This document shows positions 23,227 to 37,731 of a DNA stretch of 64,000 nucleotides, piece by piece. Under the pieces are notes generated by a model that was not told where the DNA came from, made no database searches, and saw nothing but the letters and a program-made list of their open reading frames with translations. The stretch's first letter is position 1, and every line of letters starts with the position of its first letter. The stretch comes from Planktothrix sp. GU0601_MAG3 (GTDB lineage: Bacteria > Cyanobacteriota > Cyanobacteriia > Cyanobacteriales > Microcoleaceae): NCBI GenBank assembly GCA_035193785.1, contig CP136572.1, forward strand, positions 2,708,578 to 2,772,577, in the 5' to 3' direction. The position numbers were made by a program, and so were the translations under genes.

Positions 23227-24198
23227 TTATCTCCCAAAATAGACAATAGCACGAGATAATCCTGAACTTTGCAGGTAGGTTTCCCATTGTTGGGCTAACT
23301 GTTGATTGGCAAAGGGCCCAACAGCAACAAAAGGATTAGTAGTTGCTTGTTGCATCTGAATACTTTGGGAAGGAATACCCAAAGCCGCTACATTTCCAGC
23401 CACAGAAACCAGTTGATTTCTTTGACTAGGAATTAAGATAAAATAGCTATCAGTATTTCCTAATCCTAAACCGGAACCAGGGAAGGCTGGTAAGGTATTT
23501 GGGGGGATATTGGGAATAGTAGCTAAAAACGCTTGTAGTTGTGCGGTACTGTTAATAACGGTGGAAGAAATCCCCCCTAATGCTAACTTTTGTCGGAGTT
23601 GGTCAGCATTAGACTGATTTACAAAACTTCCCGCTTGAATAATTAATTGTCCTTGATAGGTGGATGTTCGAGCATTGGGAGAAATTTGGCGAACTGCACT
23701 TAAAGAATTGGAGGTCGGACTCACATAAACTTGATATAATCCTAAGTCCGTTGTGATTGGAATTTGACCCGAAGGAATCGAACTTTTAATCACTTTAATA
23801 TCCGTTTGGTCGGGAGGAATTACCATCGGATTAACTCGAATTGGATTGTTAAAATCCTCTCCAGATTTCAAGTTAATAATTTCTCCCTGAACCCCTTGCC
23901 TTTTTAAGTCTGCAATTAATTTTTGGGCTTCACTTTGATTAAAATAAATTCCTAGATCAATAATGCTACGATTATTATATCGTTGGATCATGGCTCCGGG
24001 CTGAACTTGCTGCACTACTTCTAACAGTAAAGGACTCTCGCCATTGACATAAACCCCATAGCGTTCTTGGGCTAAAACAGGGGAAACCATTACCCCATAT
24101 CCCCCCAATAGCACGAGGCTAGAAAATAGGGGTATTTGCCAAATAAATTTTGTAAGCCAATTGGTTTTTTTCTGTATTACAATAGAACAGACTGACAT
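23227..24198 (-). CDS. Exported hypothetical protein with repeated SPOR-like domains
   Basis: Signal-like N-terminus; repeats YGVYVNG..IDLGIYF..A, YQVYV..IQAGSF..NA, VAVGPF..A. Confidence 0.55.
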   Translation of the reverse strand: MSVCSIVIQKKTNWLTKFIWQIPLFSSLVLLGGYGVMVSPVLAQERYGVYVNGESPLLLEVVQQVQPGAMIQRYNNRSIIDLGIYFNQSEAQKLIADLKRQGVQGEIINLKSGEDFNNPIRVNPMVIPPDQTDIKVIKSSIPSGQIPITTDLGLYQVYVSPTSNSLSAVRQISPNARTSTYQGQLIIQAGSFVNQSNADQLRQKLALGGISSTVINSTAQLQAFLATIPNIPPNTLPAFPGSGLGLGNTDSYFILIPSQRNQLVSVAGNVAALGIPSQSIQMQQATTNPFVAVGPFANQQLAQQWETYLQSSGLSRAIVYFGR

Positions 24199-24334
24199 TT
24201 TAGCGTCCTCCCGTTTAGAGTGGGTTCGATTGATATTGGCAGGTAAGCCAGTTAAGAGTAATCAAAACTGGCAGATCAGTCAAGATTAAAGTTAAGTTAG
24301 TTGATCAAAATTAGCAAGTTATTCTGATGTGATC

Positions 24335-25424
24335 ATGAGCAAAGTTGTTGTAGGTCTTTCTGGTGGAGTCGATAGTTTCCACAGCCGCCGCCTTGCTACA
24401 CCATCAAGGATATGAGGTGGTGGGGTTGACCCTTTGGTTAATGAAGGGAAAAGGACAATGCTGTTCTGAAGGAATGGTGGATGCGGCCTACATTTGTGAA
24501 CAATTAGGAATTCCTCATCATATTGTGGATAGTCGAGATTTATTTCAAACCTATATTGTAGACTATCTTGTTGATGGATATCGTGACGGAATTACGCCGT
24601 TACCCTGTTCTCAATGTAATCGGACGGTGAAATTTGGCCCGATGTTAAATTATGCCAGAGAACAGTTAGGAATTGATCGAATTGCCACGGGTCATTATGC
24701 TAGAATTGACTATGATCAAAAGGGCGATCGCTATCAATTAAAACGAGCCGTAGACCTGAATAAAGATCAGTCTTATTTTTTATACGACCTAACCCAAGAT
24801 TTACTCGCCGGAACTCTATTTCCCTTGGGAGAAGTGTTAAAAACCGAAACTCGCCAAATGGCTAATCAATACGAGTTAAAAACCGCCGACAAACCTGAAA
24901 GTCAAGATTTATGTTTAGTGGAAGCCAATGGCTCCATGCGGGCTTTTTTAGATAAATATATTACGGGAAAAACTGGTGATATTGTAGATACAAAAGGTCA
25001 GGTTTTAGGACAACATGAGGGCATCCATCATTATACCATTGGACAACGAAAAGGATTAGGAATTTCTGCCCCGAATCCCCTATATGTTGTTGGAATTGAT
25101 GCGGGTCGAAATCAAGTAATTGTTGGGGATAGGGAGAGCGCGGTACAAACGGAATGTACAATTAAAAGGGTCAATTGGGTATCTATTTATCCCCCAAATA
25201 CCCCCATTCGCGCCCAAGTACAAATTCGCTATCGGTCGCAACCTCAAGCTGTTACCGTAATTCCAATTAATCCCCCAGAAGGAGCAGAAATCGATCCCAA
25301 AATTGGTTCCTGCGTTAAACTTATTTTTGATGAACCTATCTTTGGGATTACTCCGGGTCAAGCAGCAGTTTGGTATGATGGAGACTTAGTTTTAGGAGGG
25401 GGAATTATTGATATTCAAAAATGA
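24335..25424 (+). CDS. mnmA: tRNA 2-thiouridylase MnmA (apparent error near 24375-24379)
   Basis: [56 protein letters not shown]. Confidence 0.96.
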
Positions 25425-25480
25425 GTTTTAACGAAATGATGATAAATTGGGGTTTATTTGTGTTAAAAAATGCAGTAACA

Positions 25481-25568
25481 GGGAATAGGGAATAGGCAAT
25501 GGGCAATAGGAATAAATAGGAATCACCCATTACCCATTACCCATTACCCATTACCCATTACCCATTAC
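25481..25568. repeat. STRR heptamer repeats in inverted arrangement
   Basis: GGGAATA/GGCAATG units followed by (CCCATTA)n. Confidence 0.8.
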
Positions 25569-25615
25569 TCATACCGATCTAAATCCCCTAAACTTAAAGA
25601 AAAAATAGAGGAACT

Positions 25616-26908
25616 GTGACCCAAACTTTAACCCCATCTGATACCATTCGTAATGTTCATCGCACAGTTCTGGATAACGGGATTGTGTTGCTAGTAACAG
25701 AAAATCCCGCCGCTGATATTGTTGCAACCCGTCTATTTTTAAGAACAGGAAGTCGCTGGGAACCCAAGGAAAAAGCCGGACTTTCCCATCTATTAGCGAC
25801 GGTATTAACCAAAGGCACAGACCAGCTTTCCTCCCTGGAAATTGCCGAACAAGTCGAATCAGTCGGGGCCAAATTAAGCGCAGACACGTCAACGGATTAT
25901 TTTTTACTAAGTTTAAAAACCGTTGCTTCCGATTTTGAAGATATTTTAAGTTTAACTGGTGAATTATTACGTTCCCCCTCCTTTCCCGAAGAAGAAATCG
26001 AACTAGAACGTCGCGTTACCATTCAGGGAATTAGGTCACAACGGGAACAACCCTTTTCCGTCGCCTTTGAACAACTGCGACAACAGATGTATCAACATCA
26101 CCCCTACGCCCTATCTACCCTGGGAACCGAAGCCAGCGTTTCCCAACTCAGCCGCGCCGACCTGCAAGAATTCCATCAAACCTATTTCCGTCCCGATAAT
26201 TTAATTATCTCCATCGCCGGACGCATTACTCCAGAAGCGGCGACCGAACAAATTCAACGGGTATTTGGTGACTGGAAAGCACCTGCAACCCCCTTACCGA
26301 CCCTATCCCTACCCGTCTTAACGTCAATACCCCAAAACGCCATTACCCCCCAGGAAACACAACAATCCGTTGTCATGTTGGGCTATTTAACCAGTTGTGT
26401 CAGCCATGGGGACTATTCGGCGTTAAAAGTCTTAAATACCTATCTGGGAAATGGGTTATCTAGTCGATTATTTGTAGAATTACGGGAAAAACGGGGTTTA
26501 GCCTACGATGTATCGGCTTTTTTCCCCACCCGTCTCGACCAGTCCCAATTTGTTGTCTATATGGGTACGGCGCCGGAAAATACTCAAATTGCCATTGATG
26601 GGTTACGCACTGAAGTGGAACGTTTGGTCAATATTCCCCTAACGGCGGATGAGTTACAAGTGGCTAAAAATAAACTTTTAGGTCAATATGCTTTAGGAAA
26701 ACAAACCAACTCCCAACTGGCGCAAATTTATGGCTGGTATGAATGTTTAGGGTTAGGAATTGAATTCGATACGGAATTTCAGAATAACATTATCGCGGTG
26801 ACTTCTGCCGATACCCTGCGAGTCGCCCAACACTATTTTATTGAACCCTATCTTTCCGTTGTTGGCCCGGAAGCCTTTGTGAGTTCCTTTTCTGTTTCCG
26901 AGTCCTAG
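25616..26908 (+). CDS. M16 (pitrilysin/MPP-like) peptidase subunit lacking a complete HXXEH
   Basis: LDNGIVL, GLSHLLATVLTKGT, SSRLFVELREKRGLAY. Confidence 0.88.
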   Translation: MTQTLTPSDTIRNVHRTVLDNGIVLLVTENPAADIVATRLFLRTGSRWEPKEKAGLSHLLATVLTKGTDQLSSLEIAEQVESVGAKLSADTSTDYFLLSLKTVASDFEDILSLTGELLRSPSFPEEEIELERRVTIQGIRSQREQPFSVAFEQLRQQMYQHHPYALSTLGTEASVSQLSRADLQEFHQTYFRPDNLIISIAGRITPEAATEQIQRVFGDWKAPATPLPTLSLPVLTSIPQNAITPQETQQSVVMLGYLTSCVSHGDYSALKVLNTYLGNGLSSRLFVELREKRGLAYDVSAFFPTRLDQSQFVVYMGTAPENTQIAIDGLRTEVERLVNIPLTADELQVAKNKLLGQYALGKQTNSQLAQIYGWYECLGLGIEFDTEFQNNIIAVTSADTLRVAQHYFIEPYLSVVGPEAFVSSFSVSES

Positions 26909-26929
26909 AGGTTGGCTGAACATCAGACC

Positions 26930-27030
26930 AGGACTTACGCAGAAACCGGGTTTCTGAACGAGAAATCACCGATTTCATCGGCAAAATCAGGGCCAGAAAC
27001 CCGGTTTCTTTGGTCTTGTGCGTAAGTCCT
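26930..27030. mobile_element. ~100-bp MITE-like element, copy 2 (inverted relative to copy 1)
   Basis: Reverse complement of 23120-23219 with a few differences. Confidence 0.8.
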
Positions 27031-27065
27031 ATTCCCTATTGCCTATTGCCTATTCCTAGTGCGTA

Positions 27066-27539
27066 ATGTCTATATTAACTATATCCTCGGAACAAATTCA
27101 AGCCATTTCTACCCACGCTGAACAAACCTATCCCCAGGAATGTTGTGGGTTATTAATGGGTAAAATTAACGAAAATAATGATAGAATTACAGTAGAGATT
27201 ATTCCAACAGAAAACGCTTGGAATTCTGAAACTTCAAAAACCTTTGAGGAAGTAGAAACCACCGATATACCCGTTACCTCAGAACGTCGGTTTACGATTT
27301 CTCCTCAACAAATGATTCAAGCTCAAAAACAAGGACGCGATCGCAATTTAATCATCATCGGAATTTATCATTCCCATCCCGATCACCCAGCAATTCCTTC
27401 AGAATTTGATCGAGTTTGTGCTTGGTCTGATTATTCCTATCTAATTATTTCCGTCGAAAAAGGCAAAACCAGCGACCTGCAAAACTGGAGTTTAGATCAA
27501 GATCATCAATTTCAATCCCAACCCTTAGTCAGAGAGTAA
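27066..27539 (+). CDS. JAB/Mov34 (M67) metallopeptidase
   Basis: YPQECCGLL, GIYHSHPDHPAIPSEFD. Confidence 0.92.
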   Translation: MSILTISSEQIQAISTHAEQTYPQECCGLLMGKINENNDRITVEIIPTENAWNSETSKTFEEVETTDIPVTSERRFTISPQQMIQAQKQGRDRNLIIIGIYHSHPDHPAIPSEFDRVCAWSDYSYLIISVEKGKTSDLQNWSLDQDHQFQSQPLVRE

Positions 27540-27626
27540 GCAATCTTCCCGATTATCAACTATAATATATAGTTTTGATGACCCAAACCCCTAACTGGGA
27601 CGGTTATATTTTTTGTCAAAATTGCT

Positions 27627-28800
27627 ATGCTAAATCCGAATCTGGACGAAATCCAGTTAACGAAAGACGACTACGAACGGTACTCCCGCCACTTGATTTT
27701 ACCAGAAGTCGGTCTGGAAGGTCAGAAACGCCTGAAGGCGGCGAGTGTGCTTTGCATTGGAACCGGGGGACTAGGTTCGCCCTTGCTACTCTATTTGGCG
27801 GCGGCGGGGGTTGGACGCATCGGAATTGTTGATTTTGATGTGGTGGATACCTCCAACCTGCAACGCCAAATTATTCACGGGACAGCTTGGGTGGGGAAAC
27901 CCAAAATTGAATCGGCGAAAAACCGGATTTTGGAAATTAACCCCGCTTGTCAAGTTGACCTCTACAACACCCGCATCAGTTTCAGAAAACGCCCTCGACC
28001 TGCTGCGACCCTATGATGTGATTGTAGATGGAACCGACAATTTCCCGACCCGATATTTGGTGAATGACGCCTGCGTGTTGCTGAACAAACCCAACGTCTA
28101 CGGGTCAATTTTCCGGTTTGAAGGTCAGGCGACGGTCTTTAACTACCAAGACGGGCCAAACTATCGGGATTTATACCCCGAACCCCCACCCCCCGGAATG
28201 GTGCCCTCCTGTGCAGAAGGCGGGGTTTTAGGAATTCTACCCGGAATGATTGGCGTAATTCAAGCTACAGAAACCGTTAAAATTATTCTGGGTCAAGGAC
28301 GAACTTTAAGCGGACGTTTGTTATTATATAACGCTTTAGAAATGACGTTCCGGGAGTTGAAATTGCGTCCTAATCCTGTACGTCCGGTGATTGAAAAATT
28401 AATTGATTATGAACAGTTCTGCGGCATTCCGCAAGCAAAAGAACAGGAGGAAAAACAGAAAATGGATATTCCTGAAATGACGGTTCAGGAACTGGAAAAA
28501 TTACTCGGTAGTGGGGCTAATGATTTCCTATTAATTGATGTTCGTAATCCCCATGAGTATGAAATTGCTAAAATTCCAGGTTCGGTGTTAATTCCTTTAC
28601 CCGATATTGAACAGGGAAAAGGCATTGAACAGGTGAAAGAATTGTTAAATGGTCATCGTTTGATTGCCCATTGTAAATCGGGAATGCGTTCGGGAAAAGC
28701 TTTAGGTATTCTCAAAGAAGCTGGAATTTCAGGAACTAATCTTAAAGGCGGAATCCTGGCTTGGAGTCGAGAAATTGATGCCTCTATCCCAGAATATTAA
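27627..28800 (+). CDS. moeB: MoeB/MoeZ adenylyltransferase with C-terminal rhodanese (apparent error near 27979-27983)
   Basis: RYSRHLILPEVG, GTGGLGS, SNLQRQ, DGTDNFPTRY, PSCAEGGVLG, HCKSGMRS. Confidence 0.93.
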
Positions 28801-28926
28801 TTAAGGTTGTTTAGAACAAAATTAATCTAATTAAAAGACGAGAAATTCTGTATTTGATTTACAGACTCGTCTTTTTTTATAATATGAAATCCTGAAATTG
28901 ATGCCACATAATTCGCCTAAACCCCA

Positions 28927-28956
28927 TGTAGAGACGTGCCATGGCGCGTCTCCACA
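28927..28956. repeat. Short REP-like palindrome
   Basis: TGTAGAGACGTGCCATGGCGCGTCTCCACA. Confidence 0.65.
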
Positions 28957-29026
28957 GGATACAGATGGGCAGCAAATATTAAAGGATGGAATATAAAACA
29001 AATCTGGGATATTGAAGGGGAGGATA

Positions 29027-31186
<2,160 letters not shown>

Positions 31187-31267
31187 AAATAGATCAAAAG
31201 GAAGATTAATAAATTAATCCCCCTTTCTCAATTAGGAATTACCTTTTTTTCAATCAATTTTGAGTTT

Positions 31268-32222
31268 CTATAAATTTAAACCCGTTAATTCAAAGGATTT
31301 TTGTTCATTTGAATCACTCCCTTTATTCTGATCACTTCGGCTTCCACCATTAACCTCAGCCGGAAATTGATTAATTCCTTGCAGAATTCGGGATTCATTT
31401 TCCACTTGAAATACATTGGCGTAAAGATTAGCAACAATCTGTTTTCCTTCTTGGGTTAATTCTAAATATTTGAGTGCCGCCGGAATATAAGGAAACACTC
31501 CATTCCAGTAAAATTTAGCATAATTTCGGCGTAAATCCCCTGGAGTTTTATAACCTAAAACCTTGTTAGTTCCCACTTCTTCAAACTCATAAAATAGGGA
31601 ACTAATCTTTTTCAAATATCGGGGATCACTGAGTTGACCAATCAAATCAGCCGCCCTTGCTAGTCCCGAATAATTATGTCGATCCTGATGGGTTTCATCA
31701 GCAGGAAACCGGGAAACGAGTTAACTCAATATTCCGTTTAATTTGTTCAGCATCAATTAAATTATGCCCCCCAAATCGTTCATCAATTACTAACTTTCCG
31801 CGATCAACATGATAAGGAGTTAAACTAGCTGATGTAGCACCCACCGAAATTGGCACAATACCATCCCCAATTCCCGTCGCAAATAAGCCAACCGCTTCTT
31901 GATCTTGCCGACAAACACCCTTCACATAGCCAATATCATGACACAGTAAAGAAATGATAAAATGTAACCAGTCTTCGGTTGTAACCCCACCTTCGCGAAT
32001 ATGTTTTCCGCGTAGAATTTCCTGTCCCACTAACGTCACTAACATGGTATGCTCAACGTTGTGGTAAAGGGCATCACAATTGGCAATATTTTCCAGTGCC
32101 ATTGTTCCAGCCCAGGCAATAATTTCAGGGTAGTTGGGTTTAAACCCGCCGTAAGTCCGACGATATCCAGCTTGTAATTGCTGAACAAAGACATCAATTA
32201 GAATCGCTGTGGCATTAATCAT
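31268..32222 (-). CDS. HD-domain metal-dependent phosphohydrolase, conserved cyanobacterial family (apparent error near 31705-31709)
   Basis: ALYHNVEHT, LLCHDIGY, RAADLIGQLSDPRYL. Confidence 0.85.
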
Positions 32223-32363
32223 AACTTAGTGGTTAAATAGAGTGCTACAGACCAGATAATTAGCTATCTAGTCATGGGTTTCAAGACTTAAACTAATTAT
32301 ATTCGATTAATCCTTTGTCCCTGTATAGGCAAAATTTCAGATCAACCTAGTTTTGAACCTATT

Positions 32364-33228
32364 ATGACATCTGCATTCGATCCGGATTTAATTTTTCTGT
32401 TATACGACAATACCCTACCTGGTGACACCTTAACAAATGGTAACACAACGGTTCCCGGGGGCGGGGGTGATAGTACCGTTCCCGGCAATACGGGGGGAAA
32501 CAGCAGTTTGAGTGGAAACCAAATTGCTCAAATCACTGATACCCTGGGTGCTAGTCTTGCTGGAAACTGGGGCGGCAGATATTATGCGAGGAAATATAGG
32601 GTCGGATAGTTTGTATGGTCGGGGGGGAGGAGACACCATTTTTGGTGATGATGGCGAAGATTTGATTGATGGGGAAGTCGGAAATGATTATATAAATGGC
32701 AATCAAGGTCGGGATTTTATTCTCGGTAGTGATGGAAATGATACCCTGTTTGGAGGCAGGGGAGCAGATACTTTAAATGGTGGCAATGGCGAGGATTTTT
32801 TATTCGGAAATAATGACAATGATCTAATGATCGCAGGTGATGATGATGATAATAATAACACCCTGTATGGCGGAGCCGGAGATGATTGTCTGGTGGGAGG
32901 AAATAAGGATGATTTTTTATCCGGCGATCGCGATCAAGATACTTTAATTGGGGGTGATGGAAAAGATACTTTCTTTATTTCGGTTAATTCAGGCAGTGTA
33001 AATCTTCGTTTTGCCGATGTAATTTTAGATTATGATCAAAATGATGATGTAATTTTGCTACCTAATGATTTGACCTTTAGTAAATTAAAATTTGAAACAG
33101 ATAGTTTGAATGGAGTTAACGGTTTATTCATTCGTACCGATGATGTTGATAATCCCACCTACTTAGGGTTTATTCCTGGTTTTACAGGCAATTTAACATC
33201 AGCAAATTTCAAATCTCTACCGCAATAA
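32364..33228 (+). CDS. RTX/hemolysin-type calcium-binding protein (apparent error near 32563-32567)
   Basis: Multiple GGxGxD nonapeptide repeats. Confidence 0.85.
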
Positions 33229-33272
33229 ATCCTAGGATAAAACTACCTTTTAAGACAGGAAATTTAATAATA

Positions 33273-34166
33273 ATGTACGGGTTTCTCAACCTTAATAAAT
33301 CTGCGGGATTCACCTCCCATGACTGTGTGGCGCGAGTGCGTCGAATATTACGATTAAAACGAGTTGGACACGCGGGAACCCTCGATCCCGCCGCCACTGG
33401 AGTATTACCAATGGCTCTGGGAAAAGCCACTCGTTTATTACAATTTCTCCCTTCTAATAAGGCGTATCATGCTAGAATTAAATTCGGTGTCACCACCACC
33501 ACCGACGACTTAGAAGGAGAAACCTTAACCGTTAAATCTGTACCCGATTTACAACTTGAACAAATTCAAGCAATTCTCCCTAAATTCATCGGTAAAATTG
33601 AACAAATTCCTCCTATTTATAGTGCAATTCAGGTTCAAGGAAAACGCCTATATGATTTAGCTAGAAAGGGAGAAATTATTGAGGTTCCCAGTCGGACAGT
33701 AGAAGTTTTTGATCTGAAAATTATTAACTGGTATCCGGGGGAATTTCCTGAATTAGAAATGGCGATCGCCTGTGGTTCAGGAACCTATATTCGTTCTATT
33801 GCTAGGGATTTAGGATCTATACTAAATACCGGGGCTACCTTAGCTAATTTAATCAGAACCGAAAGTAGTGGTTTTGGTTTAGAAAATAGTCTAACCTTAG
33901 AAACCTTAGAAACCCAGGTTCAGGAGCAAACTTTTTCCCCCCTATCCCCCACAATTGCCTTAAATCATTTAACAACAATTATTCTCAGTTCTGAATCAAT
34001 AAAACGTTGGTTTCAAGGACAATCTATTGTTATAGAAAATCAAATAATAGCAGATCATCCCGTGGCTGTATATGATCAAAATAACCAACTCTTAGGAATA
34101 GGAAAATTAATCGAAACTCCCGATCAAATTCTCCTCGCTCCTCAAGTTGTTCTTACTGAAAACTAA
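33273..34166 (+). CDS. truB: tRNA pseudouridine(55) synthase
   Basis: [36 protein letters not shown]. Confidence 0.96.
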   Translation: MYGFLNLNKSAGFTSHDCVARVRRILRLKRVGHAGTLDPAATGVLPMALGKATRLLQFLPSNKAYHARIKFGVTTTTDDLEGETLTVKSVPDLQLEQIQAILPKFIGKIEQIPPIYSAIQVQGKRLYDLARKGEIIEVPSRTVEVFDLKIINWYPGEFPELEMAIACGSGTYIRSIARDLGSILNTGATLANLIRTESSGFGLENSLTLETLETQVQEQTFSPLSPTIALNHLTTIILSSESIKRWFQGQSIVIENQIIADHPVAVYDQNNQLLGIGKLIETPDQILLAPQVVLTEN

Positions 34167-34179
34167 CCGATTTTTTAAT

Positions 34180-34407
34180 ATGATCAAAACCCTATTAATT
34201 ACCCTAATTAGAGGCTACAGACTTTTAATTTCTCCCCTATTTCCTCCCGCTTGTCGCTTCCATCCCACCTGTTCCCAATATGCCATTGAAGCCCTAGAAA
34301 CCTTTGGAATTTTTTCAGGCGGTTGGTTAGCCCTCAAGCGAATTTTACGCTGTCATCCCTATCATCCAGGGGGGTATGATCCCATTCCTCCTAAACCCGA
34401 AGAATAG
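34180..34407 (+). CDS. yidD: Membrane protein insertion efficiency factor
   Basis: [35 protein letters not shown]. Confidence 0.95.
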   Translation: MIKTLLITLIRGYRLLISPLFPPACRFHPTCSQYAIEALETFGIFSGGWLALKRILRCHPYHPGGYDPIPPKPEE

Positions 34408-34423
34408 ACCGTTAATATAAATA

Positions 34424-34454
34424 AAAAAAAGGGTAGTTGTCTACCCCTAATTTT
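34424..34454. terminator. Bidirectional intrinsic terminator between convergent genes
   Basis: A-tract AGGGTAG-TTGT-CTACCCT followed by T-rich run. Confidence 0.6.
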
Positions 34455-34474
34455 GAATTACTACAAATCAAGAC

Positions 34475-35384
34475 TTAGAATATTTCAAAGTCAGTGGCTT
34501 TCAGAGCAGGATTATTCACAAAGGTAGCTACTTCTTGTGCAGCACCACCAGTGACGAAGTATAACTTGCCGTTGTTGGAGTCATAAACCAATCCAGTAGT
34601 AGCAGGAGGAGTAGCAGGGTTGAAATTAGCAACCACTGTGAATTCACTGGTTTCTACACTGGGGCCTAGGGATGAGAACGTACTGGCAGCCAAGGCAACC
34701 TTGTCTATTCCTGATACGAAATCAACCACTACGTCAGCATCAGCAGTGCCAACTTCAGTAAAGGCAAATTTGTCACTTCCGGCATTACCGGATAGGTTAT
34801 CATTGCCTTTGTCTCCAGTAATGAAGTCATCACCGTCTCCACCAGCAATTACATCATCTCCTTGACCACCATAGATGGTATCGTTTCCGGCACCACCATA
34901 GAGGCTGTCATTATCCTGTTGACCCCAGATGATGTCATTTCCTTCACCACCATCAATTAGGTCATTGCCCTCACCTCCAGCAAGGACATTATCATTGCCA
35001 GCACCACCGGAAATCGTATCGCTTCCTAGGTCACCAAAGACGGTATCATCTCCCTCACCACCATAGATCAGGTCATTGCCAGCACCTCCAGCAATGAAGT
35101 CTTTGCCACCTAGGCCATAGATGGTGTCATTTCCTAGGTTTCCCGTAAAGTTCATCGCCATCGACGTTGCTACCATAGATCAGTTCATCACCATCGAAAC
35201 CATAAATAACAACAGGAGCCGCGGCTCCGGCTGCGAGGGTATCGTTAAGACCAGAACCCTGAATCCGCTTGGTGTCAGCCGTACCTGAAATGCTATTAGC
35301 CTTATCTGGGACACCATTTAGGGCAATTCCGCCCCCTGCTAGTGTTACTGCTGTTACGCCTTCGGATGTTACTATGTCAGACAT
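34475..35384 (-). CDS. RTX/hemolysin-type calcium-binding secreted protein (apparent error near 35138-35142)
   Basis: Many GGxGND repeats; C-terminal DVVVDFVSGIDKVAL..YDSNNGKLYF type I secretion-like tail. Confidence 0.85.
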
Positions 35385-36043
35385 TTAAGTGCTCCTCACT
35401 TGAATTAAATAATGTTAGCGTTTTGATTTTTTGGGGATTCTACAATAGGAACTTAGTTACTGGTAGCTTTAGGGATGATTAAACTTCAAATTACCAGGGA
35501 TTCCAGTCGTTCAATGAACACCACGCTTAGTTTATCCTAAAGGGAACAAACAATCCAGTGCATTTTAACAGAAAAAAGGACGATGTTGGAAATTGAACAA
35601 AGTCCATCTCTTGTAGGTGGAAACAATGGTTTGACACCACCAACTAGAACCCATTGGAGTGAAGCCGAGCATCCGTCAGTAATGAGTAAAAAAATATCGT
35701 ATTAGCTTAACAGAAGTGTCAAGAAAATAGCAAGAGATTGAGAAATTTCTATCTTGGCTCTCAACAAGACAACCGGAACATGACCCTGCTCTCACATCCA
35801 TTCTCGGGTTCTGCAAAACTAGCTATCGCTTGATGTGAAATGATTGACCGCCCGACGGGAGCAAAGGAGTTGTGGATACAAGGGTTTTCTGACACCCCTG
35901 TTTAGAACTGTTTTCTTAGCACCAACCTAGAACCGGACGTAAGAACAATCTGGCTTCTCTGACTTACCTGGCAATTGAGAAGTTCCCAATAGAATCACCA
36001 TTTTATTTAGGAAAACTGAATTGATTGATCTGAATCGGCTAAA

Positions 36044-37142
36044 ATGCTTGAAGTTAAACGAATCCCAGCGATATCTATGTCACATCAACAGGAGCCGATG
36101 CAACGATTAACTCTGCTCTATCAATGGAATCGATACCCCAGCCCCAGGGGGTTAAGAGGATGGGTAACCATCATTTTAGGATTAGGGCTGATATCAGAAA
36201 TGGGAAGTCCAGTTTTGGCTGATATCCAGGGGATTCGGCCTAATCCCCCATTGATCTCCCAAAATTTGGCCCAAAATTCAATCATCCATATAGATCCCAA
36301 TACTGGACGTGATAGCGAAACTTCCACTGGCAGTCAAACTGGCCCCTATCGTTCGATTACCTACGCGCTGCAAAAGGTTTCCATCGGGCGCAGTAATTCA
36401 ACTTAACCCGGGTACCTACAGTCAGGATACGGGAGAAGCGTTTCCGATATCTCTTAAGGATGGGGTGACATTACAAGGAGATGAGGCTACCAATGGACAA
36501 AATACGGTGATTATTGGGGGGGGGAATTTTGTGAGTCCCACCTTTGCCCGACAAAATGCCACCATTAAAACCCAAGGAAATAGTCAAATTATCGGGGTCA
36601 CAGTTACCAATCCCAATACTAGAGGAACGGGTTTATGGATAGAATCTTCTAGTCCTGTAGTTAGTGGCTGTACGTTTATTGACAGTAAGCGGGATGGAAT
36701 TTTTATTACTTCTGAAAGTAATCCTAAAATCCAGAGTAATATATTTACTCAAAATGCGGGAAATGGGATTTCAATTGCCCGTTCGGGAGCCGGAGAAATT
36801 CGGAATAATGTTTTTCAAAATACCGGGTTTGGGATTTCAATTAATGATGATGCTTCTCCTACTATTACCGAAAATAAAATTATCGAAAATCGAGATGGAA
36901 TTGTGATTTCTCACCAAGCCAAACCCATTTTACGAAATAATTTAATTGAAAATAATGAACGAGATGGAGTGGTAGCGATCTCCCAAGCTCAACCGGATTT
37001 AGGCACAGTTGACAGTCCCGGTCAAAATATTATTCGGAGCAATGGTCGCCATGATGTGTATAACGCCACACGCGGTTACACCCTGATGGTGGTGGGAAAT
37101 GAAATCGATCAAGCCCGCATCTTTGGTGCAGTAGAATTCTGA
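36044..37142 (+). CDS. DUF1565 beta-helix exported protein (apparent error near 36377-36381; start uncertain)
   Basis: IHIDPNTGRD..PYRSITYAL, LNPGTYSQDTGEAFPI, parallel beta-helix repeats. Confidence 0.8.
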
Positions 37143-37401
37143 AGACAAAAAGCCAGCTTCCAACTTAGGGAAGCTGACCTTCATATTTTTATATGTAGAT
37201 TTGTTATGGTTAGGGTCTTTATCAAAGCTGACCCCATTTGAGCAACTCAATCGGATTTATGGTTAAGGTCTTTATAAAAGCTGACCTCAATTGATTAACT
37301 ATATATAATCATGCCAGGGATCAAGGAAAAAAATTGATTTCTTAATATTTTTTTTATTTTTTTTGTTTGCGTCTTGTGTCGGTGGGTAAAGAAATATGTA
37401 G

Positions 37402-37701
37402 TTATGTTACTTCGGCCCCGATGGACGACGCTTGGCCTGTTTCCCAACGAAATAAGCCCACCATGAGGGCTACCACACCCACCTGTAGAGCTAGGTTTGG
37501 TAAGGCTGAGGTAACATTCCGTCCGGCCAACAGTTGGGCGAAAAATACCACCGCCCCAATCATACCCGAAGCCCCAAAACCAATATAAATAAATTGTCGT
37601 AAACCCCGATAAGGCGCCATAGCCTCCGCCTTCAGGCGGGTATATTGTTCGGGACTCAGTTGGGAATTTTGTTGAGAAGGATGAGATTTAGGAGTTTTCA
37701 T
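37402..37701 (-). CDS. DUF3493 small membrane protein
   Basis: RLKAEAMAPYRGLRQFIYIGFGASG. Confidence 0.8.
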   Translation of the reverse strand: MKTPKSHPSQQNSQLSPEQYTRLKAEAMAPYRGLRQFIYIGFGASGMIGAVVFFAQLLAGRNVTSALPNLALQVGVVALMVGLFRWETGQASSIGAEVT

Positions 37702-37731
37702 ATTAGTTATCAGTTTATTACCTATTTTTAT

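Noticed and set aside
27066..28800. CBASS/Bil-type ubiquitin-like defence system (JAB plus E1-like)
   Set aside because: No E2, Ubl or cyclase nearby; JAB with MoeB-rhodanese is a common cyanobacterial sulfur-transfer gene pair.
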